From contig CP091727.1 in the NCBI GenBank assembly GCA_022009855.1, forward strand, positions 3,006,145-3,070,144: a stretch of DNA of 64,000 nucleotides. The letters run 5' to 3'. Each line of letters begins with the position of its first letter. Within the stretch, counting starts at the first letter, position 1. This document shows positions 30,327-43,570 of the stretch, piece by piece. Position numbers and translations under genes: made by a program. The stretch comes from Lentisphaeria bacterium. Lineage in GTDB: Bacteria > Verrucomicrobiota > Lentisphaeria > Victivallales > Victivallaceae. The notes under the pieces were generated by a model that was not told the origin of the DNA, did not search any database, and saw nothing but the letters and a program-made list of their open reading frames with translations.

Positions 30327-33297
30327 TCAGATCTGATCGAGCGTCCCCTTGTACTCGCGAAGCAGTGCTTCGAGCGGAATCTCTTCCGTCCCGCGGCTGC
30401 CGCGGAGCACGAGCTTTTCTTCCGGAATCACCTTGCCGACCTCGGCGAATACGACACCGGAAAGCATCTTTTCAAATTCCTGCTTCTTCTCCGGAGAAAC
30501 GGTGGCCACGAACCGGCTGTTCGACTCCCGAGAATAGCACTTCCAGTTCGGAGCAGTTTTCCGCCGGAATCGCCCCGAGATCGATCTCAAGCCCGAGCCG
30601 GCCCGCCATCGCCACCCGGGCAAAGGCAACGCCCAGCCCGCCGAGCGCCGGCGTGGTCAGCGAGTGCACCAGCTCCGCGTCGGTCGCGTTCGAAACCGCC
30701 CGGTAGGTCGCCAGGGCGCGTTCAGCATCCACCTTCGGCACGTTGTTGCCGGTCGCGCCGAGCATCGCGAAGTATTCGCTGCCGCCCAGCTCCGGACGGG
30801 TCATGCCGATCACGTAGACCAGATCGCCCGCCTTCTTCGCATCCGGTGTTACCGCCTTGGTCACATCGTCCATCTTCGAAATCACGCTGAAGAGCAGCGA
30901 CGGCGGAATCGAAATTTTGCGCCCGCCACGGGTGCTGTCGTTCTTCATCGAGTCCTTGCCCGAAATGCAGGGCACCATGAACTTCTTCGTGTAATCGGCC
31001 AGCGCCTGGTTGGCGCGGACCAGCTGCGCGAGCTTGTATTCGCCGTCGGGAGTTTTCTCGCTCTGCACCGGATCCGGCCAGCAGAAGTTGTCCAGCCCGG
31101 CGGTCCGGTCGATCTTTCCGCCGACCGCCACCACCCGCCGGATGCCCAGGTCGATGCAGCTCGCCGTCATATGATAGGTGTCGATGTCGCTGTAGCGCGG
31201 CAGAATCGCCGACGAGAGGATCACCCCTTCGCGGCTCAGCGGTTCCACCATCGTCACCGTGGCGTCGCCCGCCACGTCGCGGCACTTGCCAATGAACGGC
31301 TTGACTACGCTCAGCCCTTTGACTTCGTGGTCGTACTGGCGCGCCTTGTATTCATCCGAACAGATGTTCAGTCGCCCCATCATCGCGACGAGATCTTCGC
31401 CCGCCTTGCGCGAGGAGAGATCCGGTTCAGGGAAGCGCGGCGCCTTCCAGCGGGCGCGCAGCGAAAGCCGCGGCAGGCCGCCGTGCATGAATTCGATGTC
31501 GAGCAGCGCGACCGTGCGCCCGTTGTACTGGATGTGGAACTTGCCGTCGTCGGTAAATTCGCCGAGCACCGAAACTTCGACGTCGCGCTCCTTCGCCAGC
31601 TGCCGGAATTCGTCGATCTTCTCCGGCGGCACCGCGAAACTCATCCGCTCCTGCGCTTCGGAGACGAGGATCTCCCACGGCTGCAGACCGGCATACTTGA
31701 CCGGCGCCAGCGCCAGATCCATCCGGCAGCCGTTGCAGAGCTCCGCCATCTCGCCGACGCTCGAGGAGAGCCCTCCCGCGCCGTTGTCGGTGATGAAGCG
31801 GTAGAGGCCGCGCTCACGTGCCTCGTGGATGAAGTCACCGAGCTTCTTCTGAGTGATCGGGTCGCCGATCTGCACCGCCTGCACCGGGCTGTCCTTGTGC
31901 AGCTCTTCACTGGAGAAGGTCGCACCGTGAATGCCGTCCTTGCCGATCCGGCCGCCGCCCATGACGATCAGGTCGCCCGGCTTGATCGATTTGGTCGCGC
32001 CGCGGACGCCGTGGACCATCTTCGGCAGCGTACCGACCGTGCCGCAGTAGACCAGCGGCTTGCCGATGTAGCGCTCGTCGAAGTACTCCCAGCCGTTCCC
32101 GTAGGGGATGCCGGACTGGTTGCCGCCGTCGATCACCCCTTTGTGGACGCCGTCGCGCAGCCGCCGCGGATGGAGCAGCCCTTCCGGCACATCCTTCTCA
32201 TCGGTGAACGGCGAACCGAGGCAGTAGCCCCAGACGTTGATCAGGAGGTCGGCTCCCTGGCCGGTGCCGAGCGGGTCGCGGTTGACGCCGACGATGCCGG
32301 TCATCGCGCCGCCGTAGGGATCGAGCGCCGACGGGCTGTTGTGGGTCTCGACCTTGTAGACCAGGTCGATCTTGTCGTTGAAGTCGATCACGCCGGCGTT
32401 GTCGCTGAAGACCGAGACCAGCCAGTCCACCTTGTCGGCGATTTCGCGGGTGCTCTTCTGAATGAAGGTCTTGTAGCAGGAGACGATCTCCTGCTTTTCG
32501 CCGTTTTCGAGATTTTCGTAGTCGATCTTCGCGCTGAAAATCTTATGTTTGCAGTGTTCGCTCCAGGTCTGAGCGAGCACTTCGAGCTCGACGTCGGTCG
32601 GATTGTGCCTGAGGCCGTATTTCTCACGATTCTTCGCCTGACGGAAATAGCTTTGAATCGCCTTCATCTCCTCCAGCGACAGCGCGAGAATTCCCTTGCG
32701 GCTGATCTCCAGAAGCTGATCGTCGGGAACCTCCAGATTGTATTCGCGAACTTCGCCGCCCTGACGGCCGTTGACCATCGGCAGGTTGAGCGGAATTCCA
32801 TTCGCCGCCTCTTCGCCGGAGAGCACCAGCACCGACTGGATCAGCTCGTTGGCAAGCAGTTTTGACCCGATGGTCTCGGCCTGTTCGCGGGTCAGCTTCG
32901 GCCCGTAGAGGAGATATTCGGTCGAGCTGAAGATGTGCTCGTCCTCCCGGAGTTTCCGGCCGAGGATGTCGCCGACCGCCGCCCGGGCGCTGCGCCCGAC
33001 GTTGTCGGTGACGCCGGGTTTGAAGCCGACGGCCACGAGGTAGTCACACTCCGGGAGCGGCTCGAAGTTGTTCGATTTCGCAGCACCGACCCGCCACCCC
33101 TGCAGTACGGGGTTGTACAGCAGGGAAGCGACTCGGCGCGCCTCCTCTCCGGAGAGCGAGGCGCTCACGGTGTAGACGTCGCGGCTCCACACCTTTTCGA
33201 CCGGGAAGCCGAAGAATTTTGCAATCTGTTTTCTTACGCCTTCGCCGCGCGCGTCACTCCACTGCGGAAGCGGCGAAATTTCGATCCGATAATTCAT
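30327..33297 (-). CDS. purL: Phosphoribosylformylglycinamidine synthase subunit with N-terminal PurS-like region (frameshift near C-terminus)
   Basis: QTWSEHCKHK, KVETHNSPS, GKDGIHGATFSS, DNGAGG, SEAQERM, ISGKDS. Confidence 0.93.
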
Positions 33298-33346
33298 TGC
33301 CAAAAACCTTTCCACATGAACTCACGAGAGATAGCTTCCCCATAAT

Positions 33347-34561
33347 TTACACCCGAACCGGACCGGATACAAACGGCGATCTTTGAATATCGGGAAAAAC
33401 GGCGCAGGCTACGGGGTGGTTTGTCGAAGTTCGACGACCGTCCGGTAAAGGGTCTCCCGTTCCCGGGAGCTCTTTTTCCGCCGCGGGATTTTCCGCATCA
33501 TGCCAGAATTTCGTCGCCTCCTGCTGGAGTTTCCACGCCGTTTCCGGGCGGCCGAGCCGCCATTCCAGCAGCGCGCGGGTGGTGGTTACGGAAGCGCGCA
33601 GTGCGGGCGAAGCCTCCCGGGGCAGCGAGGCGACGGCGCGGCGGAGCAGCTGCTGCGCCGCGCGCAGGGCCGCCGGATCCTCCGGCCGGCGGTTGAGCAG
33701 AAGATAGCTCATCAGATTGTCCGCATCCGGATCGCCGTTGACCGCTTTGCTGTAGCGTTCGGCGATTTCTGCGGCGCGGGAGCCGAGCTCAGGGTGGCGT
33801 CCGGCCAGATCCAGTGCCGAAAAGTAGAGCCGCACCAGCCGGGGCCTCTTCTCGATCTGCGAGAGGATCAGCTGCCACGCCTCGCCGGCGCGCCCGCTGT
33901 TCTCCAGCGCGAATGTGCGCAGCCGCAGCGCTGCGGCATTGCCGGGATCGCTCTTTAAAATCGCCGCGGTTACCTGTTTCATCCGACGGTCGTTGTTCGC
34001 CCGCAGCAGCGTCTGGAGTTCATCGAGCTGCGGAGAAATCCGACGCTGGAGCGCCGCATCGAACTGTTTCGTGCGCCACGCCTCCAGCATTTCACCGAGA
34101 TCGACCGCTTCCCCGTTCCAGAGAATTTTGCCGTCGGGGTCGATGACGAACGCCATGGGATAGAGCAGGCTGCCGTTCATGTACTGCGCCGTGAGTTTCC
34201 GCTTTTCGTCGATGCCGAACGGCAGGGAGAAATCGGGAAATGCAGCGAGCAGCTGTGCGGCATCCGCTTCGCGGTCCGGCGTCACCAACGCGAAGCGGAC
34301 GCTCCCGGCATAGGTACGCCGAAGACGGTTGAGCAGGGTGAGCGTTTCCGGCGCGTTCGCCGAGCGGGTCAGCAGAAAGACAACCGCCTTGAGTTCGTCG
34401 GTCTTCAGTTCCTCTTTCGCCGGCGGCAGTACCGCCAGCGGAACGCCCCGGATCCATTTGACGGCGAGTTCCTCGGCCGGATCGCCCGGGCGCAACGCAT
34501 ACAGCGGCGACGCCGAAAGTGTGAACAGCAGAGAGAGCAGTGTCGGAAGAGATCGTTTCAT
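33347..34561 (-). CDS. Secreted redoxin-like fold + TPR-like protein
   Basis: Signal peptide MKRSLPTLL; PMAFVIDPDGKILWNG; helical repeats; no CxxC seen. Confidence 0.6.
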   Translation of the reverse strand: MKRSLPTLLSLLFTLSASPLYALRPGDPAEELAVKWIRGVPLAVLPPAKEELKTDELKAVVFLLTRSANAPETLTLLNRLRRTYAGSVRFALVTPDREADAAQLLAAFPDFSLPFGIDEKRKLTAQYMNGSLLYPMAFVIDPDGKILWNGEAVDLGEMLEAWRTKQFDAALQRRISPQLDELQTLLRANNDRRMKQVTAAILKSDPGNAAALRLRTFALENSGRAGEAWQLILSQIEKRPRLVRLYFSALDLAGRHPELGSRAAEIAERYSKAVNGDPDADNLMSYLLLNRRPEDPAALRAAQQLLRRAVASLPREASPALRASVTTTRALLEWRLGRPETAWKLQQEATKFWHDAENPAAEKELPGTGDPLPDGRRTSTNHPVACAVFPDIQRSPFVSGPVRV

Positions 34562-37500
34562 TTTTTCCTCGTTGGCCCCGGGGGCCGGTTCAGATTTCCT
34601 CTTGCGGAAAAGGATGTAGATGGCCGGAATGACGTACAGCGAAAGAATCGTCGAACTGATCAGACCGCCGACTACCGCGATGCCGCAGCTGGAGCGGCTC
34701 TCGGAACCGATTCCGGTGCCGAACGCCATCGGCGCGATGCCGAGCACCGCCGCGATGCTGGTCATCAGGATCGGGCGGAACTTGTTCTTCACCGCCGTTC
34801 GCATGGCGGTCGGGCCATCCAGACCGGCCGCGCGCTGAATCGCGAGATCGTCCATGATGAGGATGGCGTTGTTGACGACGATGCCGATCAGCATCACGAA
34901 TCCGAGCAGTCCGAAGATCGAGAGCGGAATTCCCGCCAGATAGAGCGCAAACTCCATACCGATCAGCGCCAGCGGCACCGTGAACAGGATGAGCAGCGGG
35001 CGCGTCCAGGACTCCATCGTCGCCGCGATCAGCAGGTAGGTCAGCACGACCGCGAAGAGAATCGCCTGTTCGAAATCGGCGAACGCTTCGTTCATCGTGG
35101 TCACCATGCCGCCGAAGCGGAGGCGGCAGCCGGCGGGCAGCTGAGGCGCGACCAGTGTTTCGGTGGTGTTCACCAGATCCTGCAAGCCGACGCCGGGCGC
35201 GGGGTTGGCGAACACTTTCGCCACCCGGCTGCGGTCGGTGCGGTTGATCTGAATCGGAATCGAAGAGGGGCTGAGTTCCGAGATCGCATCCAGCGCCAGC
35301 GGTTTCCCCTCCTTCGAGGCGAAGGAGAGCGCCGGAAGCTGTTCATACCCCTCCTTCTCATCGAGCTTGACCCGGATGTCGAAGGAGCGTGCGCCGACCT
35401 TGTAGCTCCCTCCCTTCAGTCCTTCGACTGATCCGCGCAGCAGCGAGCCGATGGTGGAGGAGGGCTGTTCGAGGTTCTGGAGCACCGCGCGGCGGGGGTG
35501 ATCCGGATTTCCGGCTTGCCGAGCCGGACGCTGGTGTCGACATCGCGCGCACTGCCGCCGGCACGCAGACGGTTGGCGCTGTCCGTCGCGATCTTTTCGA
35601 TGGTCTCGAGTTTATCTCCGGAAATTTCCAGCTCCATCGAGGCCGCGGAGCCCCCCACCAGCGAGGGGATGTTCACCGTTACAATACAGTTTGTAAGTTG
35701 ACTGAGCTCCTGCCGGAAAAGATCCCGCATCCGGTCGAGCGATTCCGCCCGTTCCGTCTTCGGCTTGCATACCACGGTGATTTCGGCGAGGTAGACCCCC
35801 TCGGTGGCCTGCCCGACCGTGCCCTGAACCTTGCCGATCACGGTGGCGGTCCGCAGGACGTTCGGCAGCTGTCGGATCCGTTTCTCCACCTGGAGCGTCC
35901 GTCTCAGCGTGCTTTCCAGACTGTAGTCGGTGGGATATTCAAGCTTGATGATGAACTCCGCCTGATCGTCTTCCGGAACGAAGGTCATGCCGACCCGGGG
36001 GGGCGATGTAGAGCAGGGCGAAGAGGAAAAGCGCCAGCGCAGCGAGCACGGTGAGAAGGCCGTGGCGGCAGACCGCGTCCAGCGACCGCCCGAACCATCC
36101 GGCGACGGCGCTGTAGCCCCGGTTCCAGATTCGGGCGAAGAGGTTGTTTTGTTCCGCTTCCGCCGTCTCCCTCCGCAGAAGCTGCGCGGCGAGAATCGGC
36201 GTGAGCGTGAAACTCACAAAAAGGGAAACCAGCGTCGCAATCGTCATGGTTACCGCAAAGGGAATCAGAAAACGGCCGACCAGCGAGCTCATCGCCGCGA
36301 TCGGGCCGAACACCACCACGTTGGTCATCGCCGAGGCGAAAACCGGAAGCGCCACTTCCGCGGTGCCGCGGTCGGCGGCCTGCTTCGGATCATCCCCTCT
36401 GCGAGGCGGCGGGCGATGCTCTCGATGACGACGATCGAATTGGTCACCAGCGTACCGACCGAGGTCCCCAGCGCCAGCAGCGTGAACATGTTGAAGGTGA
36501 AGCCGCACAGCTCCATCGCCCAGAAGGAGACGACGATCGAGACCGGCATCGAGATCACGACAATGAAGGTCGAACGCACCTCATGCAGGAAGGCGAAGAG
36601 AATCAGCGCGGTCAGCACGACGCCGATGAAGATGCTGCTCCAGGCGTCGTCCACCGAGGCGCGGATGAATGCGCCGGAGTCGCGCACCCACTCAAGCTTC
36701 ATTCCGCCGGGGAGCCGGTGGCTGCTGTCCAGCTCCCGGACCTCGGCGCGGACCGCGTCGATCACCCGGACCGCGTTGGCGTCGCCCTTCTTGACGATCT
36801 TGAGTACGACGCCGGGGCGGCCGTCGAAGAAGGCGAGCGAGCGCTTCTCCTCGGATTCCATTGTGATCTTCGCCACGTCGCGCAGATAGATGCGCCGTTT
36901 CTGGAAGGTGCCGATTTCCAGTGCACCGAGATCCTCGAAGTTCCGGAACTCCGAGTCGTAGGTGACATTCACCTCCTGCACCCCCTGCCGGATGCGTCCG
37001 ACCGGCACCTTGACGTTGCCTTCAGAGAGTTTTTTGAGCACCTGCACGACGTTGAGTCCGCAGGCGGAAAGTTTCCGTTTATCGAGGGTGATCCGCAGTT
37101 CGAGCGGTTCGCCTCCGGCGATCTGCACTTCGGCAACGCCGGAGATGGTCGAGAGTCGGTCGGAAAGCTCCTCGTCGGCGTAGTCATAGATCGTATCGAT
37201 CGGCAGATCGCCGGTGAGCATCAGCGTCACGACCGGAGTGGCGTTCGGGTCGAACTTCAGAATTTCCGGCGCTTCGGCGGCGGCGGGCAGATCGTTGCGG
37301 ATCTTGTCGATCCGCTCGCGGACATCCATCGCGGCGATGTCCACCGACTGCCCCAGCCGGAACTCCAGCAGGATCTGGCAGACGTTCTCCATGCAGGTGG
37401 TCTTCATCGTCTTGAGACCGTCGATGGTACCGACGGCGTCTTCGATCCGTTTGGCGACGTCGACTTCAATCTCGGCCGGGCTGGCGCCCGGATAGACCGT

Positions 37501-37644
37501 GGTGATTGTGACGTAGGGAATCTCCACGTCGGGGAAGGCGTCCAGCCCCAGTTGGCGGTAGCTGGTCAGGCCGAACAGCACGAGCATGATGATGAAACAG
37601 CTCATGGCGACAGGCCGTGTGACGGAGGCGTGACTTAAAAACAT
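34558..37644 (-). CDS. RND efflux transporter permease (AcrB-like; frameshifted)
   Basis: YPGASPAEIE, NSIVVIE, GIVVNNAIL, RPILMT, VVGGL. Confidence 0.9.
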
Positions 37645-37657
37645 AACCCGCCTCCCG

Positions 37658-38851
37658 TCATTTCGCCGGAGCATCGGGCCGCGGAAGCACCTCGACCGTC
37701 TCGCCCGGTTCCAGGAAGGTCTGCCCCTCGATGATGACCGGCTGCTCCTTGAGCACTTCCGGGTCGCGGAGCATGGTCCAGCTGCCGTCGACGATTCCGG
37801 TCTTCACGGTGATCTCCTCGGCTTTCCGCTCCGGGGTGACCACGAAGACCGCCTTGCGGTTGCCGGCACGGGTGAGCACCGCTTCGTTGGGGATTCCCCT
37901 GCCTTCGACACGGCGGAGAATGAGGTCGATGTCGTAGAGCTGACCGCTGACGAACTCCAGACTTTTCGGAACCGCGATCTTGACCGTGAAGGTGCGTGAC
38001 AGCGGATCGACCGCAGGGCTGCGGAACGTAACCGGCAATTCCGCAAGCTCTTTCCCCGAGGTGGAAAAGATTTTCGCCGTGGTCTTGCCGGGAATGACCC
38101 GGCTGTAGTAGTTCGAACTGATCATGGTGACCAGTTGAAGGCGGTCCGGATTCTCGATCTTGAGGATGACTGTGCCGTCCTTCACATATTCATCCCGGTC
38201 CTTGTCGGTGAGGGTGATGACGCCGGCAAACGGTGCTCGGATGATCGAATCGGAGAGGCTTTTTTCCGCGATTTCGAGGTGGGCTTTCTCCTGTTCGACC
38301 CGGGCGGCGGCATAGCCGGCCTGTGCTTCGGCTTTGGCGATTTCCGCATCGGCCTGGTCGAAGGAGAGTTTTGCGCGTTCGTAAGCGTCCTGCGAGACCG
38401 CCTGAGAGCTCTTCAGCCGTTCGGCGCGGTCGAAGTCCACCTTCGCCTTGTCCCGCACGGTCCGGGCCAGATTGAGGTTGATCCGGGCGATGTGGAGTTC
38501 CGCCTCGGCGACCTCGACGTTCTGCTTCTGGCTCTTGACGTTGTTCTCGAGGTTGATCCGGTCCACCTGGAACAGCAGATCGCCCTTCTTCACCCGGTCG
38601 CCTTCTCCGACCGGAATCAGATCGAGATTGCCGCTGGTCCGGCTGGAGATTTCCGCGGACTCCTGGGATTCCACGTTGGCCTGCACCCGGATTTTCTGGA
38701 TGAATTCCATCTGTTTCGGCTGCATGGTAACCACTTTGACCGCCGGGCCGTCTTCAGCCGTTCGGCCGGTGTCATTCCGGTCGCACCCGGCCGGCAGAAG
38801 CGTGGCGCAGCAGGCCGCCGCGGCGAAAAGCATGCGAGAAAAACGGTACAT
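37658..38851 (-). CDS. RND periplasmic adaptor subunit
   Basis: Lipoprotein-like signal; EGDRVKKGDLL; IRAPFAG; VDPLSRT. Confidence 0.9.
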   Translation of the reverse strand: MYRFSRMLFAAAACCATLLPAGCDRNDTGRTAEDGPAVKVVTMQPKQMEFIQKIRVQANVESQESAEISSRTSGNLDLIPVGEGDRVKKGDLLFQVDRINLENNVKSQKQNVEVAEAELHIARINLNLARTVRDKAKVDFDRAERLKSSQAVSQDAYERAKLSFDQADAEIAKAEAQAGYAAARVEQEKAHLEIAEKSLSDSIIRAPFAGVITLTDKDRDEYVKDGTVILKIENPDRLQLVTMISSNYYSRVIPGKTTAKIFSTSGKELAELPVTFRSPAVDPLSRTFTVKIAVPKSLEFVSGQLYDIDLILRRVEGRGIPNEAVLTRAGNRKAVFVVTPERKAEEITVKTGIVDGSWTMLRDPEVLKEQPVIIEGQTFLEPGETVEVLPRPDAPAK

Positions 38852-39127
38852 CACATCTCCTCCTGATTGATCTCTTCGGAACTCCTCTTCTGTAGAGTAA
38901 ACCATCTCCGGAAAAAGTCAAGCCGGAAACCGGCCTCCCTCTGACTTTTCCCTTGAATTTTCCCCGGCGGAACCGCCTGCCCGCCACTCCTGCCGCTCCC
39001 ATGGGAGAGCGGGGGAGGAAAAGCGGTCATTTTTCCCTTTTCCCATTGGAAAAACGGACCGGGAAAGTCTATAGTATGAAACAGACTTGAATTCATGCGA
39101 ATCTTTTAACTTTCAGAGACATCATCC

Positions 39128-40220
39128 ATGCTGTATCTTCTCTCCTTGCTGAGCGGGGACTTCGGTCCGTTTCGCCTGTTCGACTACGTTACGTTCCGCG
39201 CCGGGGGCGCCGCGCTTACCGCATTTCTGCTGGTCGTGCTCCTCGGAGGATTCACCGCGCGGCAGCTGCGGCGGCTCAACGCGCAGGCCGCCAGCCGCCT
39301 CGAAGGGCTCGTCCCGCCGGAATTCATCGACAAGGAGAAGAACCGTACCCCCCTGTATGGGCGGAATCCTGCTGATCGGCGCGATTCTGGTCACCGCGCT
39401 GCTCTGGAACGTCATGACCAATCCCATCTCCATTACGCTGGTGGTCGCCACCGCCGCCTTCAGTCTGATCGGTTTTGTCGACGACTTCATGAAGGTGGTT
39501 TACAAGCGGCGCGACGGCATTCCGGGCCGGGCCAAGCTCGCCGGACAGTTCCTCGTCGCCGGACTCGCCGTATGGAGTCTGAGCCGCATCCCCGAGCTTC
39601 AGACGCTGATGCGGCAGCTGATGGTGCCGTTCCTCAAGGAGCCGGTCTACACCGGGTTCTGGACTCTGCCCTTCGCCGTCGTCGTGATCGTCGGGGCCTC
39701 CAACGCCGTCAATCTGACCGACGGCAAGGACGGGCTGGCCACCGGCTGCACGATCTTCTGCACGCTCACCTACGCGGCGTTCGCCTACCTCATGGGCCAC
39801 CGGATCTTCGCCGGCCACCTCAACATTCCCTACATCATGGGCGCGGAGGAAGCGATGGTTTTCGCCGCCTCCGTCTGCGGGGCGTGCATCGGCTTCCTCT
39901 GGCACAACTGCCATCCCGCCTCGATGTTTATGGGGGACACCGGCAGCCTCGCCCTCGGCGGCGCGGTTGGCATGCTCGCGGTGATCGTCCGGCAGGAACT
40001 GCTGCTCATTCTGGTCGGCGGCGTCTATGTGATGGAAGCGGTTTCGGTCATCCTTCAGGTCGCCTCCTTCCGGCTGACCGGGAAGCGGATCTTCCTCTGC
40101 GCTCCGATTCACCATCACTTCGAACGCAAAGGGTGGACTGAGACGCAGATCGTCGTCCGGTTCTGGATCCTCGCCGGCGTCTTCTCCCTGATGGCGCTCG
40201 CCACGCTGAAATTGCGTTGA
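39128..40220 (+). CDS. mraY: Phospho-N-acetylmuramoyl-pentapeptide transferase (one frameshift)
   Basis: MGGIL, GFVDD, SNAVNLTDG, FMGDTGSLALG, APIHHHFE. Confidence 0.95.
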
Positions 40221-40326
40221 CGCGGGGGAATTCCCGCCGGTCCGCTTGAAAACAGGTCGACCATCGTGTATCTTATTGCGAAACATGGATGGAAACCCTG
40301 AGGCGGAGGAGGAGCTTGTCGGCGCA

Positions 40327-41776
40327 ATGCAGACGATTCAGGAACGGATCAAGATACATGACCGTCACCAGTTTGAGATTAAACATGTTTATCCGCTGAG
40401 CTCGCAGAACGGGCGGGCGCTGCGTTATACGGTGGAGCTTTATCTCTTCATTCCGCAGAGTCTGGACATCAATCCGGAGAGCCGCCGCAAGGGAGGAGTT
40501 CTACCGCGATCTTCAGTCGCGGATCCGCTGGCAGACTCCCGTCTGCCTTCTGGAGTCGCTTCTGTGCTCCGAAGAATCGATTCTTGCCCGCCTCCGGGCG
40601 CGGATGAGCGAGCTGGGACGGCGCCCGGATGATCCGAAGGTGCAGGAGCGGTTTGTCGATACGCTCAAACTTTGCTGTTCGATCGTCAAGAGCGCATTGC
40701 GCGACGAGATTGAATTCTGCTGTGATTCCTGCCTTACGGGCGAACGGATCGACCGGCTGGAAAACAATACGCAGGAGCTGCTGAGCCGGTTCCGTGGGTT
40801 GCGTCCGTTGCTTCAGGTTCCCCATCTTGATCCGCGCTATGCCGAGATTTACGACTTCGGCGATGAGTACATCAGTCTGGTGGCGGAGTACTATTTCGCC
40901 TCGCTGGCGGAGTCCCTCTCCGACACCGGGGAGATCTCCCGGAAATTGCGCAAGGCGGTGCTCCGGCTGGCCGCAGGTGAGGCGCACTACCGTCGGAAGC
41001 GCGGATTTTCTTCGGTCATCTCCGAAAGCGATTCCAATGAGGCTGCCATCTACCGGATGCGGGTTCTCAAGAAGATCATGGGCAGCATTCTCTATCTGCG
41101 CACCAGCCGGAGCGCGGACGGCCGGTTTGCCGAGGAGCTGCTGACTTCGCTCTCCGCGGGAGTGGCGATGTTTCTGGCGCTGATGCTTTCGCTGCTCGGG
41201 CGGCACCTTGTCGCCGATGTCACCGCCTGGTTCGTGGCGATCGCGGTGATCTGCTACATCGTCCGCGATCGGATCAAAGACAGCTGTCGGTTCCGGTTCG
41301 TCGGCTGGGCGCGGAGGTTCTTCTTCGATTACAGCACCCGGATCAGCGATGCGCACGGTCGCCGGGTCGGCACGAGCAAGGAGCTGTTCAGCTTCATCCG
41401 GGAGTCGGCATTGCCGCCGGAGGTCGCGAAACTGCGGGCGAGAAGCCTGGTTGTGGAGCTGGCCAACGCTCCGGGGGAGAACATCGCCTATTACAAGAAG
41501 AAGATCGTGCTGCGCGCCGCCTCCAGTCCGTCTGGTGAGGAGTACAACGGCGTCGTGGATATTGTCCGGATGAGCATCCGGCATCTGCTCGACCGGATGG
41601 ATGACCCGATACGGTCGCTGCTGCTGCCGCAATCCGGGGGAGTCCGCCGGGTGAACGGGCACTGCGTCTACCACCTGAATCTGGTTCTCCGCTATGCTGC
41701 GGAAGGAAATCCGGAGGAGTATCGCAAATTCCGGCTGATCCTCGACCAGAACGGCATCGTTCGGATCGAGCAGTGA
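40327..41776 (+). CDS. Conserved hypothetical protein with two TM helices (frameshifted)
   Basis: HDRHQFEIK N-terminus; long ORF with host-like composition. Confidence 0.7.
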
Positions 41777-41879
41777 TTTTGCCGGAAGAAATCGCCGAAA
41801 AAATCCTTCACCACCCTTGTTTTCTTTTCAAAAGAGTTTACATTGACTTAACCCCCCTCGGGGGTCAGGAGGTAAATTC

Positions 41880-42470
41880 ATGCTTTGCGACAATTGTAAA
41901 AAGAACGAAGCGACGATTCATATCAAAGAGGTGCACGACGGCAAGGTGGTGGCCTCCAACCTCTGTGCGGACTGCGCACGGGAGAAGGAGGAGAAGGGCG
42001 AACTCGGTTCGCTCGGATTCAACCTGGCGGAAGTGCTGTTCAATCTTGGGAAACTGACTGAATCGGTGCAGGCGGCGCAGGAGGATCCGACGCCGGAGCC
42101 CGCCGCTGATTCCGGGCCGGTTTGTCCCGGCTGCGGCTGGAATCTGGAACGGGTCCGGGAGTCCGGCGGCCGGCTTGGCTGTCCGGATTGCTACCGGACA
42201 TTTGCGCCGATGATCGCCGATGCGCTCACCCGGGTGCAGCGTGGACCGGTCCACCTCGGTAAGCGCCCGCAGTCAGCGGGACCGGGAAATCGGGCTGCGC
42301 TGCAGTTCGAAATCGACAAGCTGCGCCGGGAGCTCGACGGACACGTTCAGCGTGAGGAGTACGAGGAGGCGGCGGTCTGCCGGGATCGGATCGCCCAGTT
42401 GAAAGCGGAACTGGAAGCGCGGCCGGAGCCGTCCGGAACCGGCAGAGAGGAGGGAGGCGGCGATGAATGA
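41880..42470 (+). CDS. mcsA: Protein-arginine kinase activator
   Basis: CxxC zinc motifs, GRLGCPDCY, UVR domain EEYEEAAVCRD. Confidence 0.92.
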   Translation: MLCDNCKKNEATIHIKEVHDGKVVASNLCADCAREKEEKGELGSLGFNLAEVLFNLGKLTESVQAAQEDPTPEPAADSGPVCPGCGWNLERVRESGGRLGCPDCYRTFAPMIADALTRVQRGPVHLGKRPQSAGPGNRAALQFEIDKLRRELDGHVQREEYEEAAVCRDRIAQLKAELEARPEPSGTGREEGGGDE

Positions 42471-43537
42471 TTCGATCGATCAACTGCTCCGCAGTCCGGT
42501 CAGCTTTCTTGCCGATTCCGGGCCGGAGGAGGATATTGCGCTGAGCAGTCGCATCCGGCTGGCGCGCAATCTGGCGGGGCGGCCGTTTCCCGCGGCGGCC
42601 TCTCTGGAGTCGCGGCAGGAGGTGTGCGAACTGGTCTCGCAGGCGGCGGCCGGGTCCGGCGTCCTGGGGTGTCCGGATTGCTACCGCTTCGATCCGGCGG
42701 AGATGTCGCCGCTCGACCGGGAGATCCTCTTCGAGCGGCGGCTTGCCAGCCGCGACTTTCTCGAGCGGGATGGCGGCACCCGGCTGCTGGTTCGCTCCGA
42801 CGAATCCAGTTCGATCATGATCAACGAGGAGGATCAGCTGCGGATTCAGACGCTGCGCCCGGGGTTCCAGCTTGACGAGGTGTGGCGGGTGATCAATGAG
42901 CTGGATGATGAGTTGAGTTCCAAGCTGGACTACGCGTTTGACGACAAGCTTGGTTACCTCACCAGCTGCCCGACCAACGTAGGGACCGGAATGCGTGCGT
43001 CGGTGATGCTGCATCTGCCGGGGCTGGTGCTGTCCGGCCAGATCGGGCCGACGATTCAGGGAGTGTCCAAGCTCAATCTGGCGGTGCGCGGCATCTTCGG
43101 CGAGGGGACTGACAATCGCGGCAACCTCTTTCAGGTTTCCAACCAGTCAACGCTCGGCGAGAGCGAGACGCAGATCATCGAACGGCTCAATACGGTGATC
43201 AGCCAGCTGATCGCCCAGGAGAAGATCGCCCGTCAGCAGCTGATTCTGCGTGACCGGTTTGCGCTGCTCGATCATGTGGGGCGTTCCCTACGGAATTCTC
43301 CGGCACGCGTACCGGATCACCACGGAAGAGGCGCTCAATTCGCTCTCCGGTCTCCGGATCGGCGTCGATCTCGGAATGTTCAATACGGTGGACATCAAGC
43401 TGGTGAACGAGCTGTTTCTCGCGATCAATCCGGCCCACCTGCAGAAGCGGGCCGGCAAGGAGCTTTCCGCGCCGGAACGGGACATCTGCCGCGCGGCGCT
43501 CTGCCGGGACAAGCTCAAAGGAATCTCCGCCGTCTGA
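42463..43537 (+). CDS. mcsB: Protein arginine kinase (one frameshift)
   Basis: SSRIRLARN, INEEDQLRIQ, YLTSCPTNVGTGMRASVMLHLP, FQVSNQSTLG. Confidence 0.93.
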
Positions 43538-43570
43538 CGGCCGGGAAATTCAAACGCTCCGACTCCTCTT

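Noticed and set aside
33347..35485. RND-redoxin fusion protein in the ORF track
   Set aside because: An internal signal peptide (MKRSLPTLL) follows an A-run; a one-base change gives an ATGA stop/start overlap, so two genes are more likely
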